DNA of 64,000 nucleotides from Eledone cirrhosa (GCA_964016885.1 OZ024745.1:127410001-127474000), one strand, 5' to 3'; numbered from the stretch's first letter, positions 12,867 to 26,831 are shown. Notes: generated by a model not told the origin, from the sequence alone. Made by a program: numbers and translations.

Positions 12867-12911
<45 letters not shown>

Positions 12912-13105
12912 ATATATATATTAATATCAAATAAAAGGCAGAGTTACTAACTCCTATTGATACCCTGTAATTAACAAGCTCAAAGTACAGATACTGAGCA
13001 TTATATAATAATATATGTAGTAATAAACACAGAAAATAGCGCACGAGGTGAAATGTTCATTCGTGTGGCTTTTAGCGCTAGGTGTTTGTCACATTTAATC
13101 TAATA

Positions 13106-13186
13106 TTCTCGCTGATAATCCCCACGGATTATCTGTTACAAACACAATCAGGGCGAAACAGATTAAATCTATAATCTGTCCGAGAG
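13106..13186 (+). ncRNA. Type I HHR with a G8A core mutation (probably inactive)
   Basis: ttctcg CTGATAA t-ccc..ggg-c GAAA cagatta-aatcta-taatctg TC cgagag. Confidence 0.75.
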
Positions 13187-13814
13187 ATGTAATAGTTATT
13201 GAGACAGTCTTTATATTTTCTGTATTTTCCGTTTGCTTCTGGTTAAATTTGTCAAACCAACGTGGTCAACCCTTGTAATTTTAGACACACATGTTTATTA
13301 CTACATATATTATTATATATTTATATCTGTATTTTTGACCGTTGGTCAGTCAGTGATAAACATTGATGGCCAAATGAATTAACTGTGGAGATATAAAAGA
13401 TGCAGAAGCGAAAAAGAAAACCAACCAAACAGTGAGTGTGTTCTGTTATTATTTCTGGCAATATTATTACAACAATATGACCCTCCCCAAGTATTTATTC
13501 TAATTTCTTGAAATTATTTTCCATTTTCTTTGAGATTCCAATAAATACCGTTAGAACTGTTTTGCGGGCGTCATTCAATAGAATTCTACCTAGCATCACA
13601 TTTTATAAATCACCAACACTTAGCTAGGGATATACTAATGACATGAAGTGCTTTTGGATTGTTTAAACCGGTCTATCCTTGCTGGGTTACAGCGTAACCT
13701 ACACGGACAAGCAACTTGATTTATGCACTATATATATATATATAAGAAGAAGTTGACGGATCCGGCGTATTTAACAATGCCAGGACCGGTTGCATATATA
13801 TATATATATATACA

Positions 13815-14039
13815 TAAACAAATATAAACAACTATCTGGTTGTGGAACCAACCAACCAACCAGAAATTTATAGGTTTGTAAATTTGTAAATTTATAAATT
13901 TATAAATATATAATAAATTGAAGTGAAAGCAACTGGTGCGTGTGTTTCTTATTGGCAACATGACCCTCCCAAAGTATAACAATATCGGTTTCAACACACG
14001 ATTTCAGATAAAGAATCTTGCTAAACAAATTCAGAAACG

Positions 14040-14040
<1 letters not shown>
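13815..14040 (+). mobile_element. PLE-type short element, 3' part of family 23690-24130
   Basis: Near-identical to 23925-24130; ends ..CTAAACAAATTCAGAAACGA followed by (TA)n. Confidence 0.75.
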
Positions 14041-14092
<52 letters not shown>

Positions 14093-14100
<8 letters not shown>

Positions 14101-14226
14101 GAATATAAAATGAAAGTGCTTTTATAAAGGAATTTATTAGGTATTGACATATGTTTCTGTAACAGACATATGTCAATGCCTAATAAATTCCTTTATAAAA
14201 GCACTTTCATTTTCTATTCATCTTTT
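14093..14226. repeat. Fold-back palindrome with a half HHR
   Basis: ~60 bp arms; GAAA catatg TC on the - strand next to the centre. Confidence 0.8.
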
Positions 14227-14330
14227 CTACATTTTCTCCGGAATATAATTTATACTCGTTGAGCAAACCTACACGTACGCTGTTCATCTCTAACGTGACG
14301 ATATATTATCACTACATTATTGATAACTTG

Positions 14331-14399
<69 letters not shown>

Positions 14400-14440
14400 T
14401 CGACTGTTTTCAAGTCCAGCAGTAGCAAGCGGTGGGAGGG

Positions 14441-14484
14441 ACCGTCCTGGAGAAGGCCAGTCAAGCCTGAAACGCATAGACGGT
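14441..14484 (+). ncRNA. Minimal HHR with an A6G core change
   Basis: accgtc CTGGAGA aggc-cagtcaa-gcct GAAA cgca TA gacggt, in a short insert between (TA)n tracts. Confidence 0.75.
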
Positions 14485-14664
14485 TGTCCCCCTTGCTTCT
14501 GCTGGACACCACCAGAGGACGTTAGCCCCCAAATCTTATTTCTTTTATATATATATATATATATCTGTGTGTGTGTGTATGTAAAAGGTAAACAGAAATA
14601 ACAACATAATCGGTACAGTATATGGAAGGAATATATTAGGCTAATGCTTGAAATAGCAAGATGG

Positions 14665-14700
14665 TCTCAACATTTCGGACGCTAGTCCTTCATCAGAAAA
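14665..14700 (-). ncRNA. Minimal HHR, weak helices I and III
   Basis: tttt CTGATGA a-ggac-tagc-gtcc GAAA tg TT gaga. Confidence 0.6.
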
Positions 14701-14873
14701 TAAGAACGAGAAATTAGATAGATTGAAGGGAAGGATTGGGTGGAATTGGAAAAAAATGTGCTTCAGTAGATTCGTTGTTTACTGAGGAAGGTATCAAATC
14801 AGCACACTATGCTCAGGCTGAGTGTATATATTAAAAAAAGTGAGGTTTCACTTTAAGGTCTTTATTGACTATA

Positions 14874-14962
14874 CACAGTTACGACCGTTTCACAGATGGA
14901 TGGCTCAGGGTCTGTGTAAAAACTATAGACCCGACTCCAGCCCAATCTGCTCATCAGACATG
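14874..14962 (-). ncRNA. HHR with a long stem II
   Basis: gt CTGATGA gcagat..gggtct..agaccc..atctgt GAAA cggtcg TA ac; AATAAA just downstream. Confidence 0.75.
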
Positions 14963-16157
14963 TTAATCAAGCAAAACTAAAATCTCACCTAACCTCATCT
15001 CGTATGAAACAATTACACACACCACTAAATATAGATATACTTTATACAGTAGTAAGTTTAATTACTACCCTTTCAGGGCTTCTTTTAGATGATATTACCC
15101 CTTGGCATGTGAACATGGTAGAAGAGAAAATGGAGACATGGCATTGAAATATATGCGATTAAAATTACGATGAATTTTCTAGTTTGAGTTATTTCCCTTT
15201 TATATAATTACAGCAAAAAATTGGTAGATATTTCTTCGTCAAGCATACATACGTTTGTGAAAAGAAGCCTATTTGAATATCTATGAATCTGTTCATACGG
15301 TTATTTCATCGTTATATGACGGTATTTCGTTGGGTATGCGTAGCAATTACAGAAGTTGCATGTGTAGGAGTATAAGGGACTGTGATTTGCTGCGTTAGTA
15401 GGTCAAATTTGAATAATGCCCCCACCCTTAATTTTTCAGATTTTTTCCAACCCAAACTTATTCTCCATTTCTGCACTTATTCTCTTCCCCACTGCTTATT
15501 AAATTTTATTAATCCATCTCCGGTGAAATATTATTTTATGTGGTAGCATTCCTACGACAATTGAATTTTTTTGATACATTAAAAAACAATATACATGGCA
15601 AAAAAAGGACATTACAAGAAATCCCATATCTTATAAAACAAATAGGATGGGTTGGGGACTCAATATATAAAGTAAAAGATTAATTCTGATTAAAAAAAAA
15701 AATTAACGGAGATAACCTAGAAAAATTACCGATTTACCACCCGGCCACATATTCTAACCCCTCCTCTATCACTTATTCCACTTTCCTATTACTTGCGACA
15801 CGAGAGTACCTGTAATTCGAAAGGTGAGCCTTGTCACTTTCTGTGTCACACAGAATCTCCCTGAGAGCTACCCTAAGAGTACGCGTGTCTGTGGAAATAC
15901 CACCCACTTACACCGCCTTTATATTTGGGACCCGAGAGAAGTTGTGGGTTACGGGTGTATATATTTCTGCGATCATAAATATTATAAGTTATAGGCTCGT
16001 AAATCGAAGCCTAGCATGTATTTGCATGTATTTGCATAATTTAGGTCTACGTGGTAATCCGTAGATAAATCTGAGATGATGCATTTGTGTAAGAAAGGGG
16101 TTTGTGCGGGTAACTGGTGAATTTTTTTGGGGGAGGGTAGTTTTGTTATGTTGCGTT

Positions 16158-16231
<74 letters not shown>

Positions 16232-16367
16232 TATGTGTGTGTGTGTGTGTGTGTGTATTGTTATACTTTGGTGCCAATAAAAACACGCGCACCTGTTGGT
16301 TTTCACAATTTATTAACATTTTCCGGTCGGTTGGTTGGTTCGATAACCGGATGGTTGTTTATATATT

Positions 16368-16410
16368 GTCAAAGCTCTTTCATCACACATCCTGTGACCT
16401 CCTCAGTGAC
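16368..16410 (-). ncRNA. HHR (family shared with 23878) inside an inverted-junction element at 16255-16497
   Basis: gtca CTGAGGA g-gtcaca-ggatg-tgtgat GAAA gagc TT tgac. Confidence 0.75.
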
Positions 16411-16554
16411 TGGATTTTTATTTTGTGTAAGTATAACAATATCTGTTTCAATACACGTTTTCAGATAAGAAATCTTGCAAAACAAATTCAAAAACGTAGT
16501 ATATATATATATATATATATATTTCTATATATATAATATATAGATATATACAGA

Positions 16555-16612
<58 letters not shown>

Positions 16613-16741
16613 TGTATGTCAGGCTTGTATCCCAATATATATTTACACTTATATTCGTAAATTAATTTCATTTATTCAAAGGATAAAAAAATATAGTCCA
16701 TATAACTCATAAACTCTTTTAAACATTCAAAGGTTCCTACA

Positions 16742-16808
<67 letters not shown>

Positions 16809-16818
16809 GTATTTATGT

Positions 16819-17044
16819 CAGGTCACCAGTTGGTGCTACTGGTAACATGTATCCCAGTACAACTTGTCTCATGGTCGGGTCGTTGGCCACTAAACTGGCA
16901 ACAACACCAAGGTTTCTTGGTGAGGAGGGTGACTTTGGACATCCTGCAGGACTAAAAACAAAACCTGTCAAAGGGCAAAGGAGCTCTTAAGAGTCAATGG
17001 CCATCCAAAATCACCGGGCGAGATGACCCCTTAGCCTTTGTCAT
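16819..17044 (+). mobile_element. Probable RTE 5' UTR-like fragment
   Basis: GC-rich and structured; ends GACCCCTTAGCCTTTGTCA, a motif shared with the 11050/53252 family. Confidence 0.5.
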
Positions 17045-17047
17045 ATA

Positions 17048-17117
<70 letters not shown>

Positions 17118-17242
17118 CATATATATTTGTATATCTTTATGCGTACACACACGCGCATATATATTTATATAACCTTACATATATGTATGTCCACACATAT
17201 TGCATGCATACACAGATTCTCGCTTACAAAAAGCACTCATAC

Positions 17243-17284
<42 letters not shown>

Positions 17285-17572
17285 ATGGGAAAGTGAGTGT
17301 GTGAACACGCGTCGCTACATTTGCGTAATTATTTCTCTAATTGTGCAGATGTATGTAATACATTTCTAAGATCTATTATTTCAAAATTATTTACATTTTA
17401 CGTATTATTTATATATTTTAAAATTTATATATTCTTATTTAGGAAATATCTACTTTATTATGTAGGAAAGTATATTTACATATATTTGTATAACAACTTA
17501 TATTAATTCTAATTGTCATATTATATATATCATATGCAGAGGGTGTATATATATGCGCACACATACACACTG

Positions 17573-17608
<36 letters not shown>

Positions 17609-17710
17609 TATATATATATACACACATATATATATATATATATGTAGAGGTTATATCTAATTTGTTGGGATACAACAAGCAAAATATATATATATATTTA
17701 TATATATAAG

Positions 17711-17769
<59 letters not shown>

Positions 17770-17835
17770 GTAGAGGTTATATTTAATTTGTTGGGATACA
17801 ACAAGCAAAATATATATATATTTATATATATATAA

Positions 17836-17912
<77 letters not shown>

Positions 17913-18390
17913 CGTGTGTATATAATACTTTGTATTTTTGCATTCATGTTTGTTTTGTTATATATACATGTATAGTATTTGTCTTCGTGTGTGAGTTTAT
18001 ATGTGTTTATTTAGCTACCAATTTGATATCGATGACTAACTTATTCCGTCATCTGCCATTCAAAGGAACAAGAATATATAAACAGAAATGGCAGAAAAAC
18101 AAGAGCAAACTCAATTACGCCAGATCTCATTTTGTTCTGAAGTCCTAATTTCCTTGGTAGGGTTCACTGTAACTCATCACTATTTCAGTGCCCTATATAT
18201 AGTTGAAAACTGCAAACTTCACTGTCACCACTGAATATGAACATAGATATTGCGAAAGCATGAAACTACTTGTTCAATTAACACTTAACATTTAATATTC
18301 TACCATACTATTTCATTCTAATACCATTATAAATTGTAAAGGATTGTAAATAAAACGAGTAAATCAGACAAAGTTGGAATTCCTTTTATT

Positions 18391-18538
<148 letters not shown>

Positions 18539-18563
18539 GCTATATAATTCTCTATATATATGT

Positions 18564-18636
<73 letters not shown>

Positions 18637-18721
18637 TTGCAAGGTTTTTGATATGAAATCGAGTGGCATAAACTTTATGTGTGGCACAGGCTTTACAATA
18701 CAATGCGAGGAATCATAATAG

Positions 18722-18764
18722 TACCACTGATGATGTCGCAGATGTGTGACGAAAGAACTTTGAT

Positions 18765-18765
<1 letters not shown>
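18722..18765 (+). ncRNA. HHR (family shared with 12726)
   Basis: tacca CTGATGA t-gtcgca-gatg-tgtgac GAAA gaac TT tgata; stem II substitutions relative to 12726 keep the pairing. Confidence 0.7.
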
Positions 18766-18833
<68 letters not shown>

Positions 18834-19007
18834 CTGTAATTTTAACCGCTGGTCAATCAATGATAAACATTAAACATTGATTGCCAAATAAATTAGCTAT
18901 GGAGATATAAAAGATACAGAAGCGAAAACCAACCCCAACCAAACAGTGAGTATGTTCTGTTATTATTTCTGGCAATATTATAACAATATGACCCTCCCCA
19001 AGTATAG

Positions 19008-19095
<88 letters not shown>

Positions 19096-19246
19096 TAAAA
19101 TAACAGATTAAAGTTTAAGCAAAGAATCGCTGTTTTCACCCTTTAATCTGTTATTTTAATAAATATTTGCTCTACGGTTCTTATATAATTGATATATATT
19201 TATCCTTATCGAGCCCTCTTTGGAGTTTAGTCTTCAAATTTATTAT

Positions 19247-19351
<105 letters not shown>

Positions 19352-19569
19352 AATCTTTCTTGAGTTCGGTTTTCTTCGTCGTTAAGGTCACTGCGGCCAG
19401 TCTATCGGTCGCTGTATTTGATTTGCAAAGCTGTCTAAACGTAATGTTATAACTCTAGGGTAGTATTCCCTATTGAGTGCTTAGCTGCACACCGAAACTG
19501 CATTCGTTAGCTTGGCTGCAATCAAAAGCTTCGTTGATGCTGTGGTAAAATTTGTATATATATATATAC

Positions 19570-19643
<74 letters not shown>

Positions 19644-19657
19644 TTACACGAAGCAAA

Positions 19658-19743
19658 GGCGCTACTCAATGTTTCAAGGCCGAAATCTGACCATACCTCC
19701 AGAATATATTTGGTGCCAAATTAGTGACCTTTCTTCAGGCTCT
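19658..19743 (-). ncRNA. HHR with a long stem II loop
   Basis: gc CTGAAGA aaggtc..ggcctt GAAA cattgag TA gc. Confidence 0.65.
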
Positions 19744-19825
19744 TATACGAAAAATTTATATAACATTTATACTCTTTTCCCGATTGAACAGTTTTCCTTT
19801 TTCCTTTTCACGCCTACGGGTGTTG

Positions 19826-19915
<90 letters not shown>

Positions 19916-20160
19916 CTGAGTCGACTGACCAAGAATGCTTCAACTTTAGGTCTCATGCTTTATTTTGTTCATTGACGGACATGCATTGTTGTTAGGCCGC
20001 ATTACTAATAAAATTACCACCCACAGATCGAACATCTATCATTGTTCTTTGGGGATCAATTTAACATTTTTCAATCAATTATTTCTGCCATTACAATATT
20101 GTTTGTGTCACTTCACTGTTCTTCATTAGACTCCAATATTAATATCTAGTTTTGGCCTAA

Positions 20161-20378
20161 GGGCAGTGGATTGGCAGTATCGGTAGAGCGTCGGACAACA
20201 TGCTTTATGGCATAGATTCACGCTCCTTTACGATCAGAGTTCAAATCCTGCTGAGATTAGCTTTACCTTTCATCCTTACGGGGTCGATAAAATAAAGTAC
20301 CAGTAATGCACTGGGGTTAATTTAATCGACTTTCCCTTCCCCCAAAATTTCTGGCGTTGTGCCTAAATCAAAAACCAA
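20161..20378 (+). mobile_element. SINE A
   Basis: Full head and body. Confidence 0.85.
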
Positions 20379-20772
20379 TATCTAGTTTTGGCTTGGAATT
20401 CAGAAACATGAACATCAATGTCGACCTCGGTGGGATTTGAACTCAAAACATAAATGGTTGCACCTAAACACCGCAAGGTATTATGTTCACCTCTCTCTCT
20501 CTCTCTAGATTCTGCTATTATACCGCTTTGTAGGGGACAATTATTAATGAACCTGTCAGTCATTTTTTTGTCACACTTCTTGTTTAAATAACAATTCGAG
20601 AAAGTCGTTCAACAGAAAACAAAAACATCTTTTGAATTCTTGAGATATTTTCAATAATTGTACTTTCTTTCTTTTCATTCTTAGTTTACTTTGAAGTGGT
20701 TGACGTAAAAAGATATGACTAAATGCCGGGTCTTTGTCTATGTTAAGTGCTTACTAATTCTTCTTTATATAC

Positions 20773-20823
<51 letters not shown>

Positions 20824-21527
20824 TCTCTCAGTCCCTCTCTCTCTCTCTATCTCCCTAACCTCTCTCTCTCCCCCACACACATATACACAGGCACAAAAAT
20901 AGATACCGACAAATACCCGAAAGAAAAAAAAAAGACGTACATACCCGCACCATAAACTATTCATAAACGTATACAAATATTCACTTTCGCATATAAAAGA
21001 AAATGCTTCCAAATACCATTTACATAGGTACATACATATCTACAGTAAAAAAAAAAACAGACGAGTCCACAAATATTTACATAACTAGACCTATGTACAC
21101 ATCTGCATATAGATACATATAGTCATGATACACAAATACCTTAGTAATGATGTACATAAATACATGCACTCACATACCAGCGTAGTACCCGTCGAAAATG
21201 ATGGGGTTTCAGTACAGAATGAAGTATGGAAACAAAATATATGAACGTGTAAGATAAAGAGAGTGATATTGGCTTATACACAAAGATAAAGATTAAGATA
21301 GAACTAATTTGATGGTATAAATGAGAATAATGAGGTAAGAGGGAGAGAGGTAGGGAAGATTAATGACAACATAGTTAGTACATAATGTAGTTGTGGGGTC
21401 TGGTTTGGTGCACGCCATAAAAGGAAGCTCAATTTTTAATCTATTATTGCACATTCAGCATTTATGTGCAAATGACTTATCACTTTGGTAATGGAAGTGT
21501 CGTGGGGACACTATTGTTGGGCTCTGT

Positions 21528-21870
21528 GAAGGCGCATGGCTTAGTGGTTAGCGCATTGGGCTTGCAATTGAAAGGTTGTGAGTTCGATTCTCGGACCGAG
21601 TGATGTGTTGTGTCCTTGAGCAAGACACTTTATTTCACGTTGCTCCAGTTTACTCAGCTGTAGAAATGAGTTGAGACGTCACTGGTGCCAAGCTGTATCG
21701 GTCATTGCCTTTCCCTTGGACAACATCGGTGGCATGGAGAGGGGAGACTGGAATACATGGGCGACTGCTGGTCTTCCACAAACAACCTTGTCCGGATCTG
21801 TGCCTCTGAGGGAAACTTTCTAAGTGCAAATCCCATGGTCATTTGTGACCGATGAGGGTCTTTACTCTTT
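21528..21870 (+). mobile_element. tRNA-derived SINE family B
   Basis: A box TGGCTTAGTGG, B box GTTCGATTC, GTGTCCTTGAGCAAGACACT and Meta-like CTCAGCTGTAGAAATGAGT. Confidence 0.85.
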
Positions 21871-22489
21871 TTTTTAGTGCATCCATGATCCTTAATCCGG
21901 TTCTGTAAACAAAATAACGTAATCACTCACACAAACACGCACTCTTTCCCTCTCTCTTCCTTTTTTTCTCTCTCTCTCCCTTCCGCTACTTTTTTCTCTT
22001 TCTCCCTTTCTCCCTCTCTCTTACACACACAACAACGCAAATATACGCAGAGTCCTGCAATCACACATACACATACACACAAACATATATACTTGCCAAA
22101 ACAAACTCTCACACACACAGATACACTAACACGAAAGCATACCCATATACACATATACATGAGCAATATGAAATACATGAGTCTGTATTTGTGAATATAT
22201 TGCATATAATATATGTGTTTGAATATGTTGTGTGTTTTCTTACATTCCTGAATAATAGATTGTGTTAAACATACTTAATTTTCACACCAGTTATTTAAAT
22301 TATTCAACACAAAAGACCTACTAAGCTGAAGTGTTTCCTTTTGATATGATTTCATTATGTTCTACATATATTCATGGAAAATCACATATGCTTGTTTACG
22401 AAAAAAACATGTACAACCATATTATTATTGAAAGTACATTTGCATATACCCATTAACATTATCTCGCACTCATAATATATATATATATC

Positions 22490-22584
<95 letters not shown>

Positions 22585-22840
22585 ACAAAGGGATATTTAA
22601 TTTGTTGGTAATTCAACAAATATATATATTTATAACTGATTCAAAGCAGTCGACGAGTTTTCTGGAGTATAATATCAAGGATATTAATAAATGGAAACTA
22701 TATTTATAAAACCATATTTATTCTATTATATATATTTCAAGGGTACCAAAGTTTGTTTTATAAATATTGACTATCCAGGTAAAACTTGAACCCTGAAGGT
22801 CTGATTCCTGTATATGTCAATATTTATAAAACAAACTTTG

Positions 22841-22894
22841 TATTTTATCTGATGAGAGCGTACCAAAGTTTTGGTACCCTTGAAATATATATAA
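22841..22894 (+). ncRNA. HHR, with a partial inverted copy at 22712-22771
   Basis: tattttat CTGATGA gagc-gtaccaaa-gt-tttggtac-cctt GAAA tatata TA; the helix I partner atagaata survives in the inverted copy. Confidence 0.75.
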
Positions 22895-23065
22895 CTAGAC
22901 CTGAAAATGCGCAAGCTCAAAAGAGCCACAGAATGTTATAATAAGCCTTCAAAAGTGTGGGACTAGAGTTGTTGCTCAAAAATATTGTAATCATTATCTA
23001 TCGTACACTCTGTGGCATCCTTTTATAAAAAAGAGACTCATAACGAACTCAAGACGACACGATAA

Positions 23066-23660
23066 TTATTTAAGTGAATTTATAATATAGAATTCGGTTT
23101 CAGTGCATATCGTATTAATCATTACTAAACATCTAATATGAGATATTGAACATGTGTTTTCATTTTGTCCTTTATTGTAAGTTGTGATGTTGCTGTTCCA
23201 TTCATGTTTTCTATTTAATTTTGGTTGGAGTTCATTTATGTTTATTGCCGCCTCTGTGATTTGTCTAAACATTGCGTCTTTTCTGTATGTAGATTTTATT
23301 TTTATTTCTATGCTCTCTAATTTGCCCTTATGTTCTATTTTAGCATGTTGGTGGAGTACTGGTGATTCTTTTCTATCTTGAAGCTCTCGCCAATGTTCAT
23401 TTAATCGTTCTCCTATACTATGAGCTGTCTCACCTATGTACACTATATTCTTATCTTTACATTGTCCTTCAGTACATCTTATGCTATATACTATGTCTCT
23501 AGTTTTACAGTTACTATGGGGGCTTAGTTTACAGATTATGCATTTCTTATCTATACAGAGAGGTCTTTGAAAAGGGTATGTATTACTAATAAGTGTTTTT
23601 GTGGAGGCACCTGGTCTTTCTACTATCTTAATATTTAGTTTAAGTTTTTCAAGTGCCCTT
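23066..23660 (-). pseudogene. PLE GIY-YIG fragment (Neptune-like)
   Basis: KIVERPG..C..CIIC..NCKTRDIVYSIRC..YIGETAHSIGERLNEH..H..H..RQITEA..LNRKHEW. Confidence 0.85.
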
Positions 23661-23877
23661 CTAAATTTGTAAGCTAGTTCACCTTAAAATGAAAACACAC
23701 ACACATAGAACAAACAACCAACCAGTAACATGTAAATAAACAAATAAATAAACAAATAAAAACACACACAGACACCCGGATGTAACACATGCGCAAACTA
23801 AGCACACAACACGCACAAAAACAAGATGGCGTAGGACAGAACAAAGGAGAGGCACAAAACAAAGAAAAGAATCCCCA

Positions 23878-23920
23878 GTCACTGAAGAGGTCACAGAATG
23901 TATGACGAAAGAACTTTGAC
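23878..23920 (+). ncRNA. HHR inside short element 23690-24130
   Basis: gtca CTGAAGA g-gtca..tgac GAAA gaac TT tgac. Confidence 0.75.
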
Positions 23921-24167
23921 AATATATGAACAACCGTCCGGTTGTGGAACCAACCAGACAACCGGAAATTTATAAAATTTTAAATTTATAATTTAATTTA
24001 TAATAAATTGGAGTGAAAGCAACTGGTGCGTGTGTTTCTTATTGGCAACATGACCCTCCCAAAGTATAACAATATTGGTTTCAACACACGTTTTCAGATA
24101 AAGAATCTTGCTAAACAAATTCAGAAACGATATATATATATATGTGTGTGTATATGTGTGCGTGTAT

Positions 24168-24237
<70 letters not shown>

Positions 24238-24299
24238 GTATGTATATGTATGTATATATATATATATATCGTATATAATACATACATATATATCATATA

Positions 24300-24680
24300 T
24301 CTTCTTTGTCTATTTATTCCTGGCAGGAGAGGGCGCTGGGGTGGAGCAGAGCCCTCAAACATGCCCTTCTGTGAATCCTGTCAGAAGCGACTATCTCCAA
24401 TTGATCCGGCTGGATCCCTAAGCGAGACCAGCCGAGTTCATGTATGTTATCCAATCATCTTGTTCGGCGTCTACCCATGGGTCTCCTCCGTTTTGGTTTT
24501 GCCCGTAAAATTTATTGAACGATTCTTTCCTGAGATATTCTGATCACATCCATATTATGGGAGTTTTGATCTCTCAATTCGGAGAAGTAGCGTCTTTACC
24601 TGGAACAATGCCCTGATTTCCGAGTTACGCACTTTATGGTGTAACGTTACTCACAAAACTCCATGAATAAAAAAAAACCT
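24300..24680 (-). mobile_element. Degenerate LINE 3' fragment (relative at 55560-55820, + strand, with (GAA)n tail)
   Basis: Shared GGGATCCAGCCGGATCA segment; RT C-terminal 'GRRRTRWLD'-like remnant. Confidence 0.6.
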
Positions 24681-24859
24681 CCGACTGCAAGTTACCTCCT
24701 GAGGTACTGAAGAAGATTCCAACAGTTGCAATATAATAGATCAAAGCTACCACACTTTATCTGAACACAGCATTCTACAACAGAGCGCCCGAAAAACTTG
24801 TTATAAACCCGAATGTTATATAATTGCATACAACAACACGATGCTGTACTAGGTGAATC

Positions 24860-25343
24860 AAGAAATACCAGTGTTGTCTGGTGAACCAAGAAAGACCAGC
24901 GTTGTCTGGTGAACCAAGAAAGACCAGGGTTGTCTGGCGAACCAAGAAACACCAGCGTTGACTGGCGAACCAAGAAAGACCAGGGTTGTCTGGCGAACCA
25001 AGAAACGCCAGCGTTAAATGGCAAACCAAGAAACACCAACGTTGACTAGCGAACCAAGAAAGACCAGCATTGCCTGGCAAACTAACAAACACCAGCGTTG
25101 TCTGGTGAACCAAGAAAGACCAGCATTGCCTGGCAAACCAAGAAACACCAGCGTTAACTGGCAAACCAAGAAACACCAGCATTGCCTGGCAAACCAAGAA
25201 ACACCAGCGTTGTCTGGTGAACCAAGAAAGACCAGCATTGCCTGGCAAACCAAGACACACCAGCGTTGTCTGGTGAACCAAGAAAGACCAGCATTGCCTG
25301 GCAAACCAAGAAACACCAGCATTGCCTGGCAAACCAAGAAACA
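24860..25343. repeat. 28 bp minisatellite, about 17 copies
   Basis: Unit ACCAGCGTTGTCTGGTGAACCAAGAAAG with variants, no spacers. Confidence 0.95.
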
Positions 25344-25734
25344 CTATATCTCAATAAACTCATCTAAACTCCAAATAAGCTTCATGTAGTCTTCGAAACT
25401 GTTAAGTATTGCAGCAACTAAATCTCGCTAAACTTCCCATTCTACTGTCATAAAACAAAACAGAAAAGGCCCATAAAGTAAGGCAGTCATTGACGTACGT
25501 AATATACTTAACAAACAAAATAGAATGATAAGCTGGCCATAGCTTAAATGTCTGGTCATGTCTACTCGACAAAAACTGACGTTGGGTTAAGTAGCAGCAA
25601 CAACATCACAACCATCACCCCCAACAATATATATCATACAACACCATACCAATTTACTTTATACAGAGTACTGTAACACTGCACTCTATAATGCATAACA
25701 CTACATACCATAACCACCATACCATTTTAGACTA

Positions 25735-26047
25735 CAGTGTACTCCACTGCATTCGCGCTCCCGGTTATTCACGGACTTTTCTTTAAAACCTAACTATTAA
25801 TTGTTCATGGAAACCACCGCATATTGGCGGAATCGTAAATGTCTTCCGCGATTTTTTATGGCTTTTTTCGTGGCATTATATATTCTTTTACGCCTTTTAA
25901 CGCTAAATTATTAATAACAATATACCATATTTAACGTTATGTTTTGATGTTTATAGGCATTTTTATGGACCACGTCCAATATTCGCGGTTTTTAACTCTT
26001 CGCAGGTGCTCTAGGAACGTACCCACCGCGATTATCAGGTACAATTG
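25735..26047. mobile_element. Degenerate Tigger/pogo-like MITE
   Basis: TA|CAGTGTAC..ATTCGCG at the left end and CGCGATTATCAGGTACAATTG|TA at the right end. Confidence 0.5.
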
Positions 26048-26629
26048 TATATAGAGAGTACTGCACACCGCCCTAGAGACTATTGTAACACTGTACTCTA
26101 TAATGCATAACACTACATACCATCACCGCCACCACCACAGCAACCATACCACTACATCCACAACCATACCACTACACCCACTCCATCCCGACTCGACCAC
26201 TTTCAAACGTACAACATCACAAGCCATCACTCTCCTCCATATCATATCCTATATACTATATGAAACTATACCAAGTACAAATGTCGTAAAATTAATGAAA
26301 CCTTACAACAATGATACATTGTCAATCTTAAAATGAAAAACACTGTATTTTTATAAAAAGGAAAATTTTGTTGTTGTTTTTTGAAACAAAAAGATGAAAC
26401 AACAACAACACTAACAACACCAACAACAATAAAACAATATATAAACTAAATAAAACGCCTTAACATAAACAAAATAAAACCAGTATTGTGAGACAAACTC
26501 GCCATATTTCAACAGAGCCTCACTGTCACATCAAGCATTGTGATTTACTTGCTATTATTTCAGTAATATAACTGGTTACAACTGCTTCTTTTCTTCTCTA
26601 TCAGGATATCTATCAATCAGCCTATTATA

Positions 26630-26831
26630 TATTTTTCTTTCTTTATTTACCCTTTTTATTCTTTTTTCGTTCTTTTTCTTTTTTTCGTTCTTTCTTTCTT
26701 CCTTTTTCGTTTTTCTTCGTCTTTTTTCATTCTTTTTCTTTTTTTCTTTCTTTTCTTTCTTTTTCTTTCTTTCTTTCTTTTTATATGCTTTTTTCTTTCT
26801 TTTTCTTTTTCTTTCTTTTGTTTGTTTCTTT

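Noticed and set aside
21528-21600. tRNA genes at SINE heads
   Set aside because: A/B boxes are present, but there is no full cloverleaf and they run on into SINE bodies.
24860-25343. CRISPR array
   Set aside because: Head-to-tail repeats without spacers, no cas genes, and a eukaryotic context.
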